NCBI GenBank assembly: GCA_964016885.1
Contig: OZ024742.1
Coordinates: 354,206,001-354,270,000, forward strand
Length of the DNA stretch: 64,000 nucleotides
Source: Eledone cirrhosa
Taxonomy: Eukaryota
Reading direction: 5' to 3'
A program made the position numbers and the translations under genes. Shown piece after piece: positions 1 to 18,940 of this stretch. Each line of letters starts with the position of its first letter. Position 1 is the first letter of the stretch. The notes beneath the pieces are model-generated. The model was not told the origin of the DNA. It made no database searches and saw nothing but the letters and a program-made list of their open reading frames with translations.

Positions 1-12
1 AATCTAAACCAG

Positions 13-45
<33 letters not shown>

Positions 46-46
<1 letters not shown>

Positions 47-229
47 CGAAAGGAAATGTGGTATGGAACCAGGTGGACCATAACGCACCAATGTGCTCAA
101 TACTTAGGGTAGTAGAGTGGGTAATAGGAACGAGTAGGACCCCGACGGCTGAGCTCAAGCCGTTTCGACGGCTAATTTTGGAATTAGCCGTCGAAACGGC
201 TTGAGCCCAGCCGTCGGGTTCTACTCGTT

Positions 230-231
<2 letters not shown>
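46..231 (-). mobile_element. Fold-back mini-copy of PLE pLTR family A (3' half of hammerhead only), inserted in (TA)n
   Basis: 46-180 is the reverse complement of the family-A 3' end (cf. 38810-38941); 182-231 is a short inverted copy; flanked by (TA)n. Confidence 0.75.
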
Positions 232-317
<86 letters not shown>

Positions 318-394
318 TACATAACATATATACATATATATATATATATCCATATATATATATATATATATATACACCTATTTATACATATAAT

Positions 395-485
<91 letters not shown>

Positions 486-899
486 TGGAATAAACAACAT
501 AAGGTAATTATTTCATTTACCAATGGTTTCTTGAAAGCAAACAAATTTTGCTTTCAATCATCAGAATGAAAAATTCCTGGTGTATTTCTTTACGTTGGAT
601 TTTAAGAACAAAAATATAATCTATATGAAATTGAGGCTGGAAAAAGGAGAAGGAAAGGAAAAATAAACACACATGCACACACACACATATACATACACAC
701 ACGCATATACATAGACACATACATATACATATATATATATATATACATATATATATGTATATATATATACATATATATACAGACATACACACATACATAC
801 ACGTACAAATACACATCCATATACATACATACACACATATATATCCACGTAACCATACATACACATACGCACAAATACACAAACACACACACGTGTGTG

Positions 900-949
<50 letters not shown>

Positions 950-1086
950 TAAATATATATATATATAAATAAATACATACACACATATATATATACATAT
1001 ACACATACAATTACATACACATATACATATACATGCATACATATATATATATATACATAGTTATATATATATATATAGAGAGAGAG
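232..1086. repeat. (TA)n/(CA)n compound microsatellite
   Basis: Directly visible; source of the YI/CV-repeat ORFs. Confidence 0.95.
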
Positions 1087-1242
1087 AATTCACAAGAATC
1101 AAAGCTATGTTCAAAGCATTTATTCACTCTTTATTGTTTCATCCAAACCTAGGCTTGGAGTTCCGTACACACCAACCTCGGTTTGGATGAAACAATTGTA
1201 AGTAAATAAATGCTTTTAACATAGCTTTGATTATTGTGAATT
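1087..1242 (+). mobile_element. Fold-back pLTR remnant with hammerhead 3' half (GAAACAATTGTA)
   Basis: 1087-1152 is inverted relative to 1177-1242; carries GAAA + palindromic ACAATTGT + GUA, but no CUGANGA. Confidence 0.55.
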
Positions 1243-1389
1243 ATATATAACTGCTCTGTAGAACAACTGATGTTATTACATTGAGCTATTTATCTTACTG
1301 GTAATAAGGTAGTAATAAATTACTGACCTTCACTGTTTAGGGTTTAAATGTACATAACGATAACAAGTTTTAGTATATATATATATATT

Positions 1390-1809
1390 TGCAACTGTGT
1401 CCAACCAGTAATGTGTCCGTTGAACAATCAGTGTCTTGAACGCAACATCGTATACAAATGTACTATCGAATCGGTTAGACAGAAGTGGTACTATGTGGGA
1501 TCTACAGCCACCTCCTTCAAATCACGCCTTTATAGACATCGTTACTCGATAAAACATGAAAACCAGCGTTATGTAACAACACTCGCAGACAAGGCTTGGC
1601 AGCTGCGTGAAAATAACCAACAATTTCACCTTAAATGGGATATAATAGCATAAACCCACGGACAGGAATTTTGTAAATTATGTAATGTAGAATTATTTTG
1701 TATCATGAAATCAAAAAACATTTTATTAAATAACAGAATAGAGCGATCGTTATACTGTAACCATCGCTTAAAATCTACATTTTCATATTATAAACACCAC
1801 CAGGATTGA
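1390..1809 (+). pseudogene. Penelope-like (Naiad-type) GIY-YIG endonuclease remnant
   Basis: CNCVQPVMCPLNNQC (CxCx5Cx5C), NIVY...YYVG, FKSRLYRH, W, CKLC, LLN, CNH; one internal stop at 1651-1653. Confidence 0.85.
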
Positions 1810-2451
1810 ACGCCCGTCTCTATCACCGATTGGTTGTCAAAATAGATATTAACATTCTCTATTAGTCTTAATTCTATCAACTCTTCTATTATTTACCATT
1901 TAATATAAACTGCTATAGATAAAATGAGATTTCTGATTTCTTAATTCAATTCCCTAATGCACATACCAGCTGGCTACTAGCATTGATGTTATTCAGTAGC
2001 AATCGAAAACTCCCCCTTCCCCAATTGACACTTTATAATTAATACTACTACACCAAATGACCAGCCCTGTCCACTGTCCAATTGGTCAAGTAGAGATTAA
2101 AATTGGCACTCCCAAAAATTCTTATTTAGATAAAATGAACCATTTACTCATGGTATTCTCATTAGAAACCCTTTATATACTTGTTTAGCAGTAAATTGAA
2201 TTAACATCTGTCATATACTATCCCCTCTCTTCTTCCTCTTTTACTAATATAAATACTTCAATTTTTCTGATAATATCCAATTTATCCAAAATCTCTGAAG
2301 AAGTGACAACTGATTATACATTTGCTATCGAATACTTGCTAACATTATATGATTACGCAAGCAGCGATACATAGGTATTCCGTCTGTTACAGAAACATAT
2401 GTCAATACCTAATAAATTCCTTTTTAAAAAAAGCACTTTCATTGTATATTC

Positions 2452-2460
<9 letters not shown>
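1390..2460 (+). mobile_element. 5'-truncated Naiad-type PLE (EN + 3'UTR/pLTR) ending in (TA)n
   Basis: EN remnant followed by a non-coding tail; 2195-2460 recurs inverted at 17600-17862; degenerate CTGAAGA...GAAT motif at ~2295-2345. Confidence 0.75.
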
Positions 2461-2529
<69 letters not shown>

Positions 2530-2770
2530 ACCATACAAATACACACATATATACATACGCATACATATATAACATATATATATATATACATATAGGAAAA
2601 AGTATGACACCGACGGCAGAGCTCAACCCGTTTCTGAGGCTATTATATATATACACACACAAATATAATATATAAAAATACACATATACACACACACATA
2701 TCTAAAAACAGTTACGTCACCACCTTAATAAAAATACACACTCACATATAAACACACACATACACACACT

Positions 2771-2814
<44 letters not shown>

Positions 2815-2904
2815 CACACAATTTCAACAGATACATATAAAAATACAATTATATACACACATACATATACATACAGATATATATAATTATATATACATAT
2901 ACAT

Positions 2905-3015
<111 letters not shown>

Positions 3016-3058
3016 TATATACACATATATACACATATACATATATACAAATCTGACA

Positions 3059-3595
3059 AGTAGTTGGCTTTGATAAGCATCAATAAATGCAGAATCAAGG
3101 CCTTGTCAGCTTTATCTCCCCCTGTTTGCTGAAATTAAAGTAGGTGAGTCTGTCACTACTCTAAATCAATAGCATACGGTCTTCAAAATGCTTTTAATTA
3201 AGCATAAAGTGTATTGCAAAATACACTATATATACATTATATATATATGGCTATTTCAGAGCACCAATTCTAATTTTTAATTTCTGCTTGACCGGCAACC
3301 GCTCTGTATAATCAGTTCCTGATTATTTACTAGAATTCTATAAGAATATAACATCCGTAATTTCAGCAGACAGGAGGGAGTAGTTGGCTTTGATAAGCAT
3401 CAATAAATGCAGAAACAAGGCCTTGTCAGGTTTATCTCCCCCTGTTTGCTAAAATTAAATTAAGTGAGTCTGTCACTACTCTAAAACAATACCCTACGGT
3501 CTTCAAAATGCTTTTAATTAAGCATAAAGTGTATTGCAAAATACACTATATATACATTCATATATATATGGCTATTTCATAACACCAATTCTAAC
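3059..3595 (+). mobile_element. 1.7 units of a 320-bp hammerhead-bearing tandem repeat (retrozyme-like)
   Basis: Period 320 (3061 vs 3381); HHR motif in each unit; backbone shared with the 310-bp array at 62.7-64 kb. Mirror copy at ~12682-13218. Confidence 0.75.
3358..3459 (+). ncRNA. Type I hammerhead-like motif, U3-A8 core
   Basis: TTGATAA 3390-3396; stem II GCAT/ATGC; one extra A; GAAA 3412-3415; palindromic CAAGGCCTTG; GUC 3425-3427; long outer stem AATTTCAGCAGACAGG pairing with CCTGTTTGCT(A/G)AAATT. Confidence 0.6.
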
Positions 3596-4357
3596 ATATA
3601 TATATATATATATGATAAAGAACACAAGAGCGTCTATAACATTAAAATATTTTTATTGGCTTACAATGTTTTTCCTTACGTAACCGTAGGATTCGTCAGA
3701 GCTATAAAAGGGGTTTGATTGGTGTTATGGACTCTACCAACCAAACATTCAAGAACAAAGAGTAAAGAGAGTAAAGAGCAAAAGTAGGGGACGATAAGTC
3801 TAATTTTGGTGCGGGAGGGTGGGCTGTGGGTCCTTGTTTACTAGCTGCGTTCATATTCATTCCTGCGAGTCGAGTGGTTAGCTGAACCATAGATGGGGTG
3901 GCGTCGATAGTAGTGTGCAGAGGGTGTGCAGAGGCTACACACACACAAAGGGCATACAATATATATATAACGGATGAGAAAGTACATGAGGTAATTAGAA
4001 ATGGAAAAAGGGTAATAATAATGATCTATAATTAATAATGTATAATAAGGCATGGGGAAGATTACACTATAATAAGGTATAAAAGTAAGAATAAAGTAAA
4101 ATATAAAGGAGGATAAAAGTGAAAATAAGAATAAAGATAACAAATATATATATTAAAAAAATATATAGAGAATATATAAAGAAATATAAGCAAGTATTTT
4201 AAGGGGAAAACACAATGTACAAAAAACCGATTTTTTCAAATAAAAATATTATAATTATGGGGGGAGGAAACGGGATAGAGAAATATGATCAAATGTGATT
4301 AGTTGAGAGAATATAAGATGATAATAGTTATGTCAAGTTTATACATCTTAATAATAA

Positions 4358-4411
<54 letters not shown>

Positions 4412-5284
4412 ATAATATATATATATATAATATAAAATATATAATATAAAATATTATAATCGGCCTTACAGTGAATTTCACTTGGGACGTTGGGTTGACT
4501 GACAGAACGTCATGACTTTGGGAGATTGCAGTTATTGCGGACCTGTCGTATTTTCAATTTCCTCACTCGAGTGCCGGCTATACATATACCCTACCTTTCT
4601 TCAACTCATCGTAATTTATTTTATTTTAGATTATAGGGGTTTATCGCTGACTGCCTATCCGGATAAATCCCGGAGTATATATTTTGGAAACATAGTGTTA
4701 CTTCGCCTAACCCTCGGAATTGGGACCAATGGATGTTATTCGTAGGGTGCTGATAAGATACCGAGAATCGACCTGTTACAAGGCGATATAACTGGAATGC
4801 ACCATCCTTCCTATAGACAATTCTATATGTAAAGCTGCACCACCGCTCACCAACTATCCTTGTTTCAGAATCATGCTTGCAAGCTCTCTTAATCTGCCTG
4901 TACATCCTGTATTTACATTGCTTGTGCTTTGAAGTATCTATGCTTTCATTTGTTTGTTGTTTTGTGTTTTGTTTTTGTTTTTTTGTTTTTGTGTTTTTTA
5001 TTGTTTTCTTTTATTGTTTTTGATCATGCTGAGTAAAACCTTCACTCATTCCTTGCTACCCTCTTCCAACCTCCTTATCATCTATTGCACCATGTGAATG
5101 ATACATTTTTGATGTGATCTTTGATGTAATTTTATATGACATTTTTTATAACATTTGATGACATTATATGCGTCATGTATCGTGTCTTTTTCTATATAGC
5201 GCTGGCCTCGGGACACCCCTGCTGGCCCTTTAACCTCGTTCTGGTGACGCCCCTTGATGGAGCATGCAACTATTGATATACTCT

Positions 5285-5349
5285 TGTTTATAGACTCTGA
5301 TGATTCCTACCTCAGGGTACGGATGAAAGCCTGTTAGATAATAAAGCAA
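5285..5349 (+). ncRNA. Degenerate hammerhead motif (mirror at ~10890-10945, minus)
   Basis: CTGATGA 5297-5303, stem II TCC-TACC/GGTA-GGA, GAAA 5325-5328; stems I and III eroded. Confidence 0.5.
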
Positions 5350-5559
5350 TGTATTTCTAAGCACTTTTTGGTTATTCCTAAACCTATATATATATATATA
5401 TATGTGTGTGTATGTATGTATGTGATGTATGTATGAATGTATGTATAGGTATATAAAGTTTATCCCAGGTTCAATTGGGGGTAACCACAGTAAGTAAGGT
5501 ACACGTTACTGCATGAAACAGTTCTAGTCCTGTAGAAGCCATTCTTATATTAAATATAT

Positions 5560-5591
<32 letters not shown>

Positions 5592-6349
5592 GATAAATCT
5601 ACCAAGAGTTTACGGTAGTGTCCAATCCGTATGAAGAACTCAATGTAATCCGGATATCATGGAAAGAAGAGATGCAATGAAAAATCACTTTCGGTGAAAG
5701 ATAAACGGAATACAGAGTCAAGATAAAATATTAAAAAAATAATGAATAAAACAATGAAACAGTTCCTTATATTAAACAAAAAAAGTTCATTATTTAACGA
5801 TCGTTTCTAGGATATATATGTGTTAGAATTGGCATGCATATTCAACAGATCTATGTACAAAATTATACAAAATTATACAAACTATCAAAATTAAATATAC
5901 ATACCAACACATATATATGCCGTCTTCAGAAATAATGAAATATATTTATTGATAATAACAACAATTCAAAATTACAGGTCTGTTTGGGAACAGAGTTCAA
6001 ATTGACCAATGAAAATACAAAAAGTTTATACAGTTAGGTGTGTGTATATATGTAAGTGACTCCGTTCACAGATATGCATAAAGATATATGTTCCCATGCA
6101 TACGCATGCCAAAAAGATGTATGTAAATACAAAAATTCAAGGCTGATGTCTCTGTATGCTTATAATCTACAGATAAAATACGTATACACATATAAATATA
6201 AAAATAAATATATACACATATTCATATACTCACACATATACGTACATTCACACACACACGCGCGTATACGCATAAACATACACACAACCACGAACATACA
6301 TACACACACACACCCCCACACACATATATATGTGTATATACTATTATCA

Positions 6350-6642
6350 CCAGATTGAATACCCACAAACATAGTTTTAAAAATGCCGCACTGGCTAATA
6401 CAACATCTCTAGCAGAAAAAATCAATAGTTATAAAAATAAGAATATAGAATATGATATGACCTGGAATGTGCTCAAAAGAGCCACCCCTTATCAAAATAA
6501 TAGAAATGAATGTAGATTATGTTCCCAAGAACTATTTGAAATAATGAAATCTAAGGATATCCTATTAAATAAACGACAGGAATTAATTATATCGTGTAAT
6601 CATAAACTAAGAAAAACATTTAAATATTATATACCTAATTAA
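6350..6642 (+). pseudogene. Naiad-type PLE GIY-YIG C-terminal half (5'-truncated)
   Basis: RLNTHKHSF...TSLA...YDMTWNVLKRATPY...CRLC..E....LLNKRQELIISCNH; same motif series as 1390-1809. Confidence 0.85.
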
Positions 6643-6656
6643 TAACATTATTTTAG

Positions 6657-6848
6657 AAGGTGGATTGGCAGTATCGGTAGAGGGTCAGACGCCATGCTTT
6701 CTAGCATATTTATGTCCTTTTATGATCTGAGTTCAAATCCCGCCGAGGTTAACTTTGCCTTTCATCCTTACGGGGTCGATAAAATAAAGTACCAGTAATG
6801 TACTGGGTAATTGCTGGCCTTGTGCCAAAAAGTAGAAACAATTATTTT
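6657..6848 (+). mobile_element. tRNA-derived SINE, near full length
   Basis: A-box-like TGGCAGTATCGG, B-box GAGTTCAAATC, core GCCTTTCATCCTTACGGGGTCGATAAAATAAAGTACCAG; repeated elsewhere in the window. Confidence 0.85.
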
Positions 6849-7316
6849 AGAAATTAATATATAATTTAATTTAAATGTTAGTTAACCTATAAATTTAATT
6901 TAATTAAAATTCTACTACAGATAAGATTATAAAATATTGTGTAATCATAAATTGTGAAAAACTTTTAAATATTACTAATATATACTTCGTAAATTAATTT
7001 ATAGATTAATTTTAATTTATTTAACCTTTTATTAAAATTCCTTTACACATAAAATATAACAAAATATCGTGTATTCAATGACAGAGAAATAATTTTTAGT
7101 ATTATAGACCTAATTAATGTACATTTTAGAAATATATTTATAATTTGGTTTTAAATTTGGTTAACCTAAAAATTTAATTTAATTGGCTTAAAATTAATAT
7201 CCTAATACAGATGGATTGCAGAGTGTCATGTAATCATAGACTGAGATAGGTTTTGGATGTATACCTAGTTAACATATTCTTTGCAATTTTTGAAAAAATA
7301 TGTATATGTATGTATA

Positions 7317-7362
<46 letters not shown>

Positions 7363-7899
7363 TATGTATATGTGTATGTATTAATTTTAATTTCTGTTTA
7401 CCTATAATTATATTCTACTATAGATAAAATACAATATCTGTTTAAATTATTATAAACCTAATTAACATATACTATAGAAATTAATATATAATTTTTTTAA
7501 TTTAGTTAACCTATAATTTATATTTTACTACCGATGTAATACTTTATTTGTTTTTTTCCCTATTACTAAATTCATTTCCTAATATTGATACCATAACGTT
7601 AATAATTTTAATTTAGTTATACTATAATTAATACTCTACTACTATTTAACTTCAAAATCCGCTTCAAATATTATAAACCTAAGTAGTATACACCTTAGAA
7701 ATCAAAATATTAACTATCTTTAATTTAGTTAACCTATAATTAATGGTATACTTATATTGAAATGCATAATTTTGCCTTCTTTCTTACATTTCCTAATACT
7801 GAAACTACTATGTAAACACATATTATGATCTAAATGCAGATTAATATTCTATGTTTCTTGAAACCTATATTTACTACAATCCCCCCCCCCTACTATTAT

Positions 7900-8015
7900 T
7901 ATTTGTATTTGTAAGCGTGGATGTATGTATGTATATGTAGGTAGGTTTGTATGTTTGGGTGTTTGTATGTGAGTATAAAAATACATATGTGCGCATGTAA
8001 ATAAGGGTGTATGAT

Positions 8016-8051
<36 letters not shown>

Positions 8052-8217
8052 AGTGTGTGTATATATATGTATGTATATATATGTGTATATATATATGTAT
8101 CTATGTATTTATGTGGGTATATGTGTGTATGTATATGTATGCACATGTATATGTCTATGTGTATATGTGTGTATGTGTATATATGTACGTATGTGCGCAT
8201 GTATATGTGAGTGTGTG

Positions 8218-8250
<33 letters not shown>

Positions 8251-8706
8251 CTGTTGAATATGCATGCCAACTCTAACACATATATATCCTAGAAACGATC
8301 GTTAAATAATGAACTTTTTTGTTTAATATAAGGAATTGTTTATTCATTATTTGTTTAATATTTTATCTTGACTCTGTATACCGTTTATCTTTCACCGAAA
8401 GTGATTTTTCATTACATCTCTTCTTTCCATGATATCCGGAATACATTGAGTTCTTCATACGGATTGGACACTACCGTAAACTCTTGGTAGATTTATCTAC
8501 ATATATATATATATATATATATTTGTAGTTGATGTGTGTATGTGTATATATATATGTATGTATGTGTATATATATATATATATATGTGTATATATATATG
8601 TGTATGTATATATATGTATATGTATGTGTGCATATTTGTCTGACTGTGTGTATTAATTAATTTATTTATTTATTTATTTTATTTCTTTATTATTTTTTTA
8701 TATATA

Positions 8707-8755
<49 letters not shown>

Positions 8756-9027
8756 ATGTGTGTGTGTATATATATGTATGTGTGTATGTATGTGTACGTA
8801 TGTGTGATTGTTTGTGTGTGTACGTGTGTATATATTTATATTTGTATATGTATCTCTATTTATATATGTATATATGTGTATGTATATCCCTTTATTTATG
8901 TATGTCTGAGTTGTGTGAGCGTGTGGTGGTGTTTGTATGTATATACGCATACATTGATGTGTATGTATGTGTATATATGCGTATATGTATGTGTGTATGT
9001 GTGTGTGAGTATATATGCGTGTATATA

Positions 9028-9078
<51 letters not shown>

Positions 9079-9156
9079 TATATGTGTGTGTATGTGTATA
9101 TATATCTTTATATATGTGTATGTGTATGTGTGTGTATGTATGTGTGTATATATATA

Positions 9157-9197
<41 letters not shown>

Positions 9198-9288
9198 ATG
9201 TGTATATGTATATATATATATATTTATATGTGGGTATGTATGTGTATGTGTGTATATACATGAGTGTGTTTATATATGTGTGTAGATA

Positions 9289-9329
<41 letters not shown>

Positions 9330-9548
9330 TGTGAATATATATATATATATATGTATGCGTGTATGTGTATATATATATATATATATATATGTGTCTATAT
9401 GTGTATATGTCTATGTATTTATATGTGTATATGTATGTGTCTCTATATGTATGCGTGTGTGTATGTGTATGTGTATTTATATGGTGTATGTACGTATATG
9501 TATGTGTATGTATGTGTTTATGTATATGTGTATGTATGTGTATGTATA

Positions 9549-9605
<57 letters not shown>

Positions 9606-9642
9606 GTATGTATATCGATGTATATTTTATATTTTACTTGTT

Positions 9643-9686
<44 letters not shown>

Positions 9687-9690
9687 TATT
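7900..9690. repeat. (TA)n/(TG)n compound microsatellite field containing a 250-bp duplicated segment (8250-8500 = 10377-10635)
   Basis: Directly visible. Confidence 0.9.
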
Positions 9691-9876
9691 TTCTTGATAT
9701 ATTTCTTTTTTCTTTTTCTTTTCTTTTTATTTCTAAATTTATAGATACATTTATAAATAGGCAGTCTGCTGACACCGGTGAGTACTGACCTCTTCCCCCC
9801 CCCCACCTACTTTCTGTATCTGGATCTAAGTATGTGTGGCAGTGTTTATGTGCGCGCATTAACGTCCATATGCTTA

Positions 9877-13816
<3,940 letters not shown>

Positions 13817-13950
13817 AGTGTAATTTTCTACACAAAGCGAAGGTTATAGAGAAAATTGAGGTTGGTAATGGCACATGGAATATATAAGAGACAGAATACT
13901 TTTTTGTGAAAAAACATAATTTTATAAGGTAAGGAAATAATAAAGGGTAT

Positions 13951-14000
13951 AACAAATGACCGGTTTCGATGGGTCTGCAAAAGCCATCTTTTCAAATGTT
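13951..14000 (-). ncRNA. Minimal type I hammerhead, U3-A8 core (inverted pLTR copy)
   Basis: Minus strand: AACAT-TTGAAAA-GATGG...CCATC-GAAA-CCGG-TC-ATTTGTT. Confidence 0.7.
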
Positions 14001-14446
14001 GATTAATATTAAGAAAAATTAATAATACGAAGAGTTAAAATTTGAGACTTGAAAATTCAAGTATAAAATTCATTGTGGGATTTCATAGCAGTTTTCATCT
14101 TGGTAGCAACAACAGGTTGACTGCTGTGTCCCTTTCTGGTAGTGAATGAGATGTTATTTGGGGTGTGGGTTATTTTATAAAGGTCAGATTTAGCAATCGC
14201 CAGCTGCTGGTCAGTGAGGGGGTGGAAGCAATATACATACACATATCTTCCTGTGATGGGTAGGAGAGTGGAGCGTGATAGAAAGGGATTTAGTGCACTT
14301 ACACCTATATATACACACATACCTTCATCCACACATACATACATATACATATACATATATATATATATATACATATACACACATACATACACACACACAT
14401 ACATATACATACACACATACACACACACACATATATATATACACAT

Positions 14447-14513
<67 letters not shown>

Positions 14514-14653
14514 TATATATATACATACACATACATCCAGATACACACATACATACACACACACACACACCCCCACACATACATACACACACACACATAT
14601 ATATATATACATACACACATACAAACATACACACACACACACATATATATACA

Positions 14654-14684
<31 letters not shown>

Positions 14685-15179
14685 GCATATATATATATAT
14701 ATATACACATACGCATACATCCAGATACCCACATACATACACACACACGCACACCCAATACATACATCCACATGCACACACATACACACACACACACATA
14801 TACACATACATACACCCACACACAGAGAAATGGCCCTCAAATATATATATATATATATACATACAGACACATATATTTTTTCCATAATATAAGAAGTTGG
14901 GGCAGTGAAATTAAAATACAAGTCATTCTGATCACATTGAGTTCTTCATGTAGATTGGGCCCCGCAACCGACAGTGGTGAATTCTGTGTGCGCATATATA
15001 TATAGATATATGTGTGTGCACGTGCAGGGTTTAACATGGATGTGTTGGTCACACAAAGGCATGGTCTGTCAATGAATAAACCTGATTCTACAGAATTGGT
15101 CTCTGGTCTTTAATAGTAGTGATTCCGTGCGTATGTGTGTTTATATTTTATGACAATTCTATTGGGGTGATAACCCTCT

Positions 15180-16094
15180 GTAATAGACGGGAAATTAGAT
15201 ACAGATATATTCTATAAACCCACAGATTCCAAACAATACCTCTTTTTCACATCAAGTCACCCAAAACATACAAAACTTAACATTCCTTACAATTTGGCCA
15301 AACGTATATGTACCATAGTATCAGATCCACCTAAACGGGAGCAAAGACTAAAGGAACTAAAAGACACCCTTATCTTAAGAGCCTTTCCACTTGAAATAAT
15401 CAACAATGGAATAGACAGGGCAAAACACCTAAATCCCCATCAACTTAACAATCCAAAACAGAAAACGACACTCAACACCCTGCCATATGTATCCACTTTC
15501 AACCCCAGAAATACCGAAATGTTTGATCACCTACACAAAAACCTCCCCATCCTACTTAAAGATGTAAAAATGAAGTCTATTCTTGAAACACACAAGATCC
15601 TTAAAAGTAAAAGACAACCCAAATCACTTAAACGCATTCTCACTGGACCAAATATACCCAAACCAATCCTCAACCCTACAGTTACCAAATGTGGTAGAAC
15701 AAACTGTGGAACGTGCCTCTACCTCACTGAAGGACAAACATTTACATTCAAAGATGGCCAAACATTTACAGTAAAAAACAATTTCACCTGCAACTCGGAG
15801 AACTTGATTTACGCAATAACTTGCGGTGGGTGCAAACACAACTACATAGGACAGACGGGCACCTCATTACGCAAAAGAATGACCATCCACCGCCAACAAA
15901 TCCGGGACGCTAACACAAGAAAAATCCCCTTGAGCAGCCATATTGCGAACTGCGCAGGAATGACACTACCCAACTTTAAAATCTTCCCCTTCTACAAGTG
16001 CTCAGATTCGTTCACACAGCAACAAAGAATAAACAAAGAAAATCTATTCCTTAACAAATTTAAACCAAAACTAAACGGGTTATCACCCCAATAG
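15180..16094 (+). CDS. PLE polyprotein C-terminus: RT end/thumb, CxxxxCxxC linker, GIY-YIG endonuclease with CCHH residues (5'-truncated, no stops)
   Basis: TDIFYKPTDSKQYL..SSHP..NIPYNLAKRI; CGRTNCGTC; NLIYAITCGGCKHNYIGQT..LRKRMTIH; KPKLN. Frame is open upstream of the tracked start at 15294. Confidence 0.92.
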   Translation, partial: VIDGKLDTDIFYKPTDSKQYLFFTSSHPKHTKLNIPYNLAKRICTIVSDPPKREQRLKELKDTLILRAFPLEIINNGIDRAKHLNPHQLNNPKQKTTLNTLPYVSTFNPRNTEMFDHLHKNLPILLKDVKMKSILETHKILKSKRQPKSLKRILTGPNIPKPILNPTVTKCGRTNCGTCLYLTEGQTFTFKDGQTFTVKNNFTCNSENLIYAITCGGCKHNYIGQTGTSLRKRMTIHRQQIRDANTRKIPLSSHIANCAGMTLPNFKIFPFYKCSDSFTQQQRINKENLFLNKFKPKLNGLSPQ

Positions 16095-16670
16095 AATTGT
16101 CATAAAATATAAACACACATACGCACGGAATCACTACTATTAAAGACCAGAGACCAATTCTGTAGAATCAGGTTTATTCATTGACAGACCATGCCTTTGT
16201 GTGACCAACACATCCATGTTAAACCCTGCACGTGCACACACATATATCTATATATATATGCGCACACAGAATTCACCACTGTCGGTTGCGGGGCCCAATC
16301 TACATGAAGAACTCAATGTGATCAGAATGACTTGTATTTTAATTTCACTGCCCCAACTTCTTATATTATGGAAAAAATATATGTGTCTGTATGTATATAT
16401 ATATATATATATTTGAGGGCCATTTCTCTGTGTGTGGGTGTATGTATGTGTATATGTGTGTGTGTGTGCATGTGTGTGCATGTGGATGTATGTATTGTGT
16501 GTGCGTGTGTGTGTATGTATGTGGGTATCTGGATGTATGCGTATGTGTATATATATATATATATGCGTGTGTGTGTGTGTATGTGTGTGTATATATATGT
16601 GTGTGTGTGTGTGTATGTTTGTATGTGTGTATGTATATATATATGTGTGTGTGTGTGTATGTATGTGTGG

Positions 16671-16748
<78 letters not shown>

Positions 16749-16787
16749 ATGTATGTGTGTATCTGGATGTATGTGTATGTATATATA

Positions 16788-16868
<81 letters not shown>

Positions 16869-17320
16869 ATGTGTATATATATATGTGTGTGTGTGTATGT
16901 GTGTATGTATATGTATGTGTGTGTGTGTATGTATGTGTGTATATGTATATATATATATATATATATGTATATGTATATGTATGTATGTGTGGATGAAGGT
17001 ATGTGTGTATATATAGGTGTAAGTGCACTAAATCCCTTTCTATCACGCTCCACTCTCCTACCCATCACAGGAAGATATGTGTATGTATATTGCTTCCACC
17101 CCCTCACTGACCAGCAGCTGGCGATTGCTAAATCTGACCTTTATAAAATAACCCACACCCCAAATAACTTCTCATTCACTACCAGAAAGGGACACAGCAG
17201 TCAACCTGTTGTTGCTACCAAGATGAAAACTGCTATGAAATCCCACAATGAATTTTATACTTGAATTTTCAAGTCTCAAATTTTAACTCTTCGTATTATT
17301 AATTTTTCTTAATATTAATC

Positions 17321-17368
17321 AACATTTGAAAAGATGGCTTTTGCAGACCCATCGAAACCGGTCATTTT
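17321..17368 (+). ncRNA. Minimal type I hammerhead, U3-A8 core (Neptune pLTR)
   Basis: TTGAAAA 17326-17332, stem II GATGG/CCATC, GAAA 17354-17357, palindromic ACCGGT, GUC ending 17363; weak stem I. Confidence 0.7.
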
Positions 17369-17465
17369 TTATACCCTTTATTATTTCCTTACCTTATAAA
17401 ATTATGTTTTTTCACAAAAAAGTATTCTGTCTCTTATATATTCCATGTGCCATTACCAACCTCAA

Positions 17466-17965
<500 letters not shown>

Positions 17966-18243
17966 GATGATGATGATGACACAAACACATATATATATAC
18001 AAACACACATATATATATACATACAGACACACATATATATACACACATATACACACCCACACATATATATATAAGAGAAAATAATCACACACGCAATACT
18101 AATTAACACCATATCACTATAGAGACCTGTTGTAAATAAACAAAGAGTGTATCGTAAATTTCATTGTAAAAAATAAAAAAAACACGTTCACTTGTCAGAA
18201 AATCCACTTTCAATTTCGAGGACGTTATTCTTCACCTATGCCG

Positions 18244-18546
18244 ACTGAACAATAAAGAAAAGCGAACACAGACATTTACATATATGTGTTCAAATCGTAA
18301 TGGACCAGAATCGCTAAGGTGAAAAAAATACTAACTACATACAATATGGTTTGCCAGACTCTGTCAGGGTGTTTGGTTGTAACCACAATTATGGTTTCTA
18401 TTTATTTTCTTGATTTATTCTTAAATTGAGTCTGGCAAACCCTATTGTCTGTAGTTAGTATTTCTTTCACCTTAGCGATTCTGGTCCTTTACGATTTGAA
18501 CACATATATGTAAATGTCTGTGTTCGTTTCTCCTTTTTGTTCAGTT
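18244..18546. repeat. Fold-back (arms ~118 bp, 18244-18361 / 18429-18546)
   Basis: Arms are imperfect reverse complements; no clear HHR core. Confidence 0.8.
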
Positions 18547-18642
18547 ATAATATGCGGCTAGGAAAAGCTTTTTTTCCTAGAGCTAATTTACTGTAATGAG
18601 ACAATTTTGAGTTTCTATCTCAATACATGCTTTGATATATAT

Positions 18643-18739
<97 letters not shown>

Positions 18740-18940
18740 ATATATATATATACATATACACACTTCAAGAGTAACCAATCTTAAAGAGAGAGATGGAGAT
18801 AGGAGAGGAGATAGGAGAGGAGAGATTGGTGAATTAGTTGGAAGCCAAAGCGTAAAGGCTAGTGCTCAATGTGAAATATGCTGTAGAAAGCAGCTAGGTG
18901 ACTGGGTTCATTCCAGAGGTTAGGTGCGCAGAGCTGGAAA

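Noticed and set aside
2288-2346. Hammerhead in the first Naiad pLTR
   Set aside because: CTGAAGA is in the expected position, but GAAA and the stems are too eroded to call as a feature.
5625-5710. ATGAAGA...GAAA with TCCGT/ACGGA pairing as a hammerhead
   Set aside because: Core and cleavage triplet do not fit the consensus.
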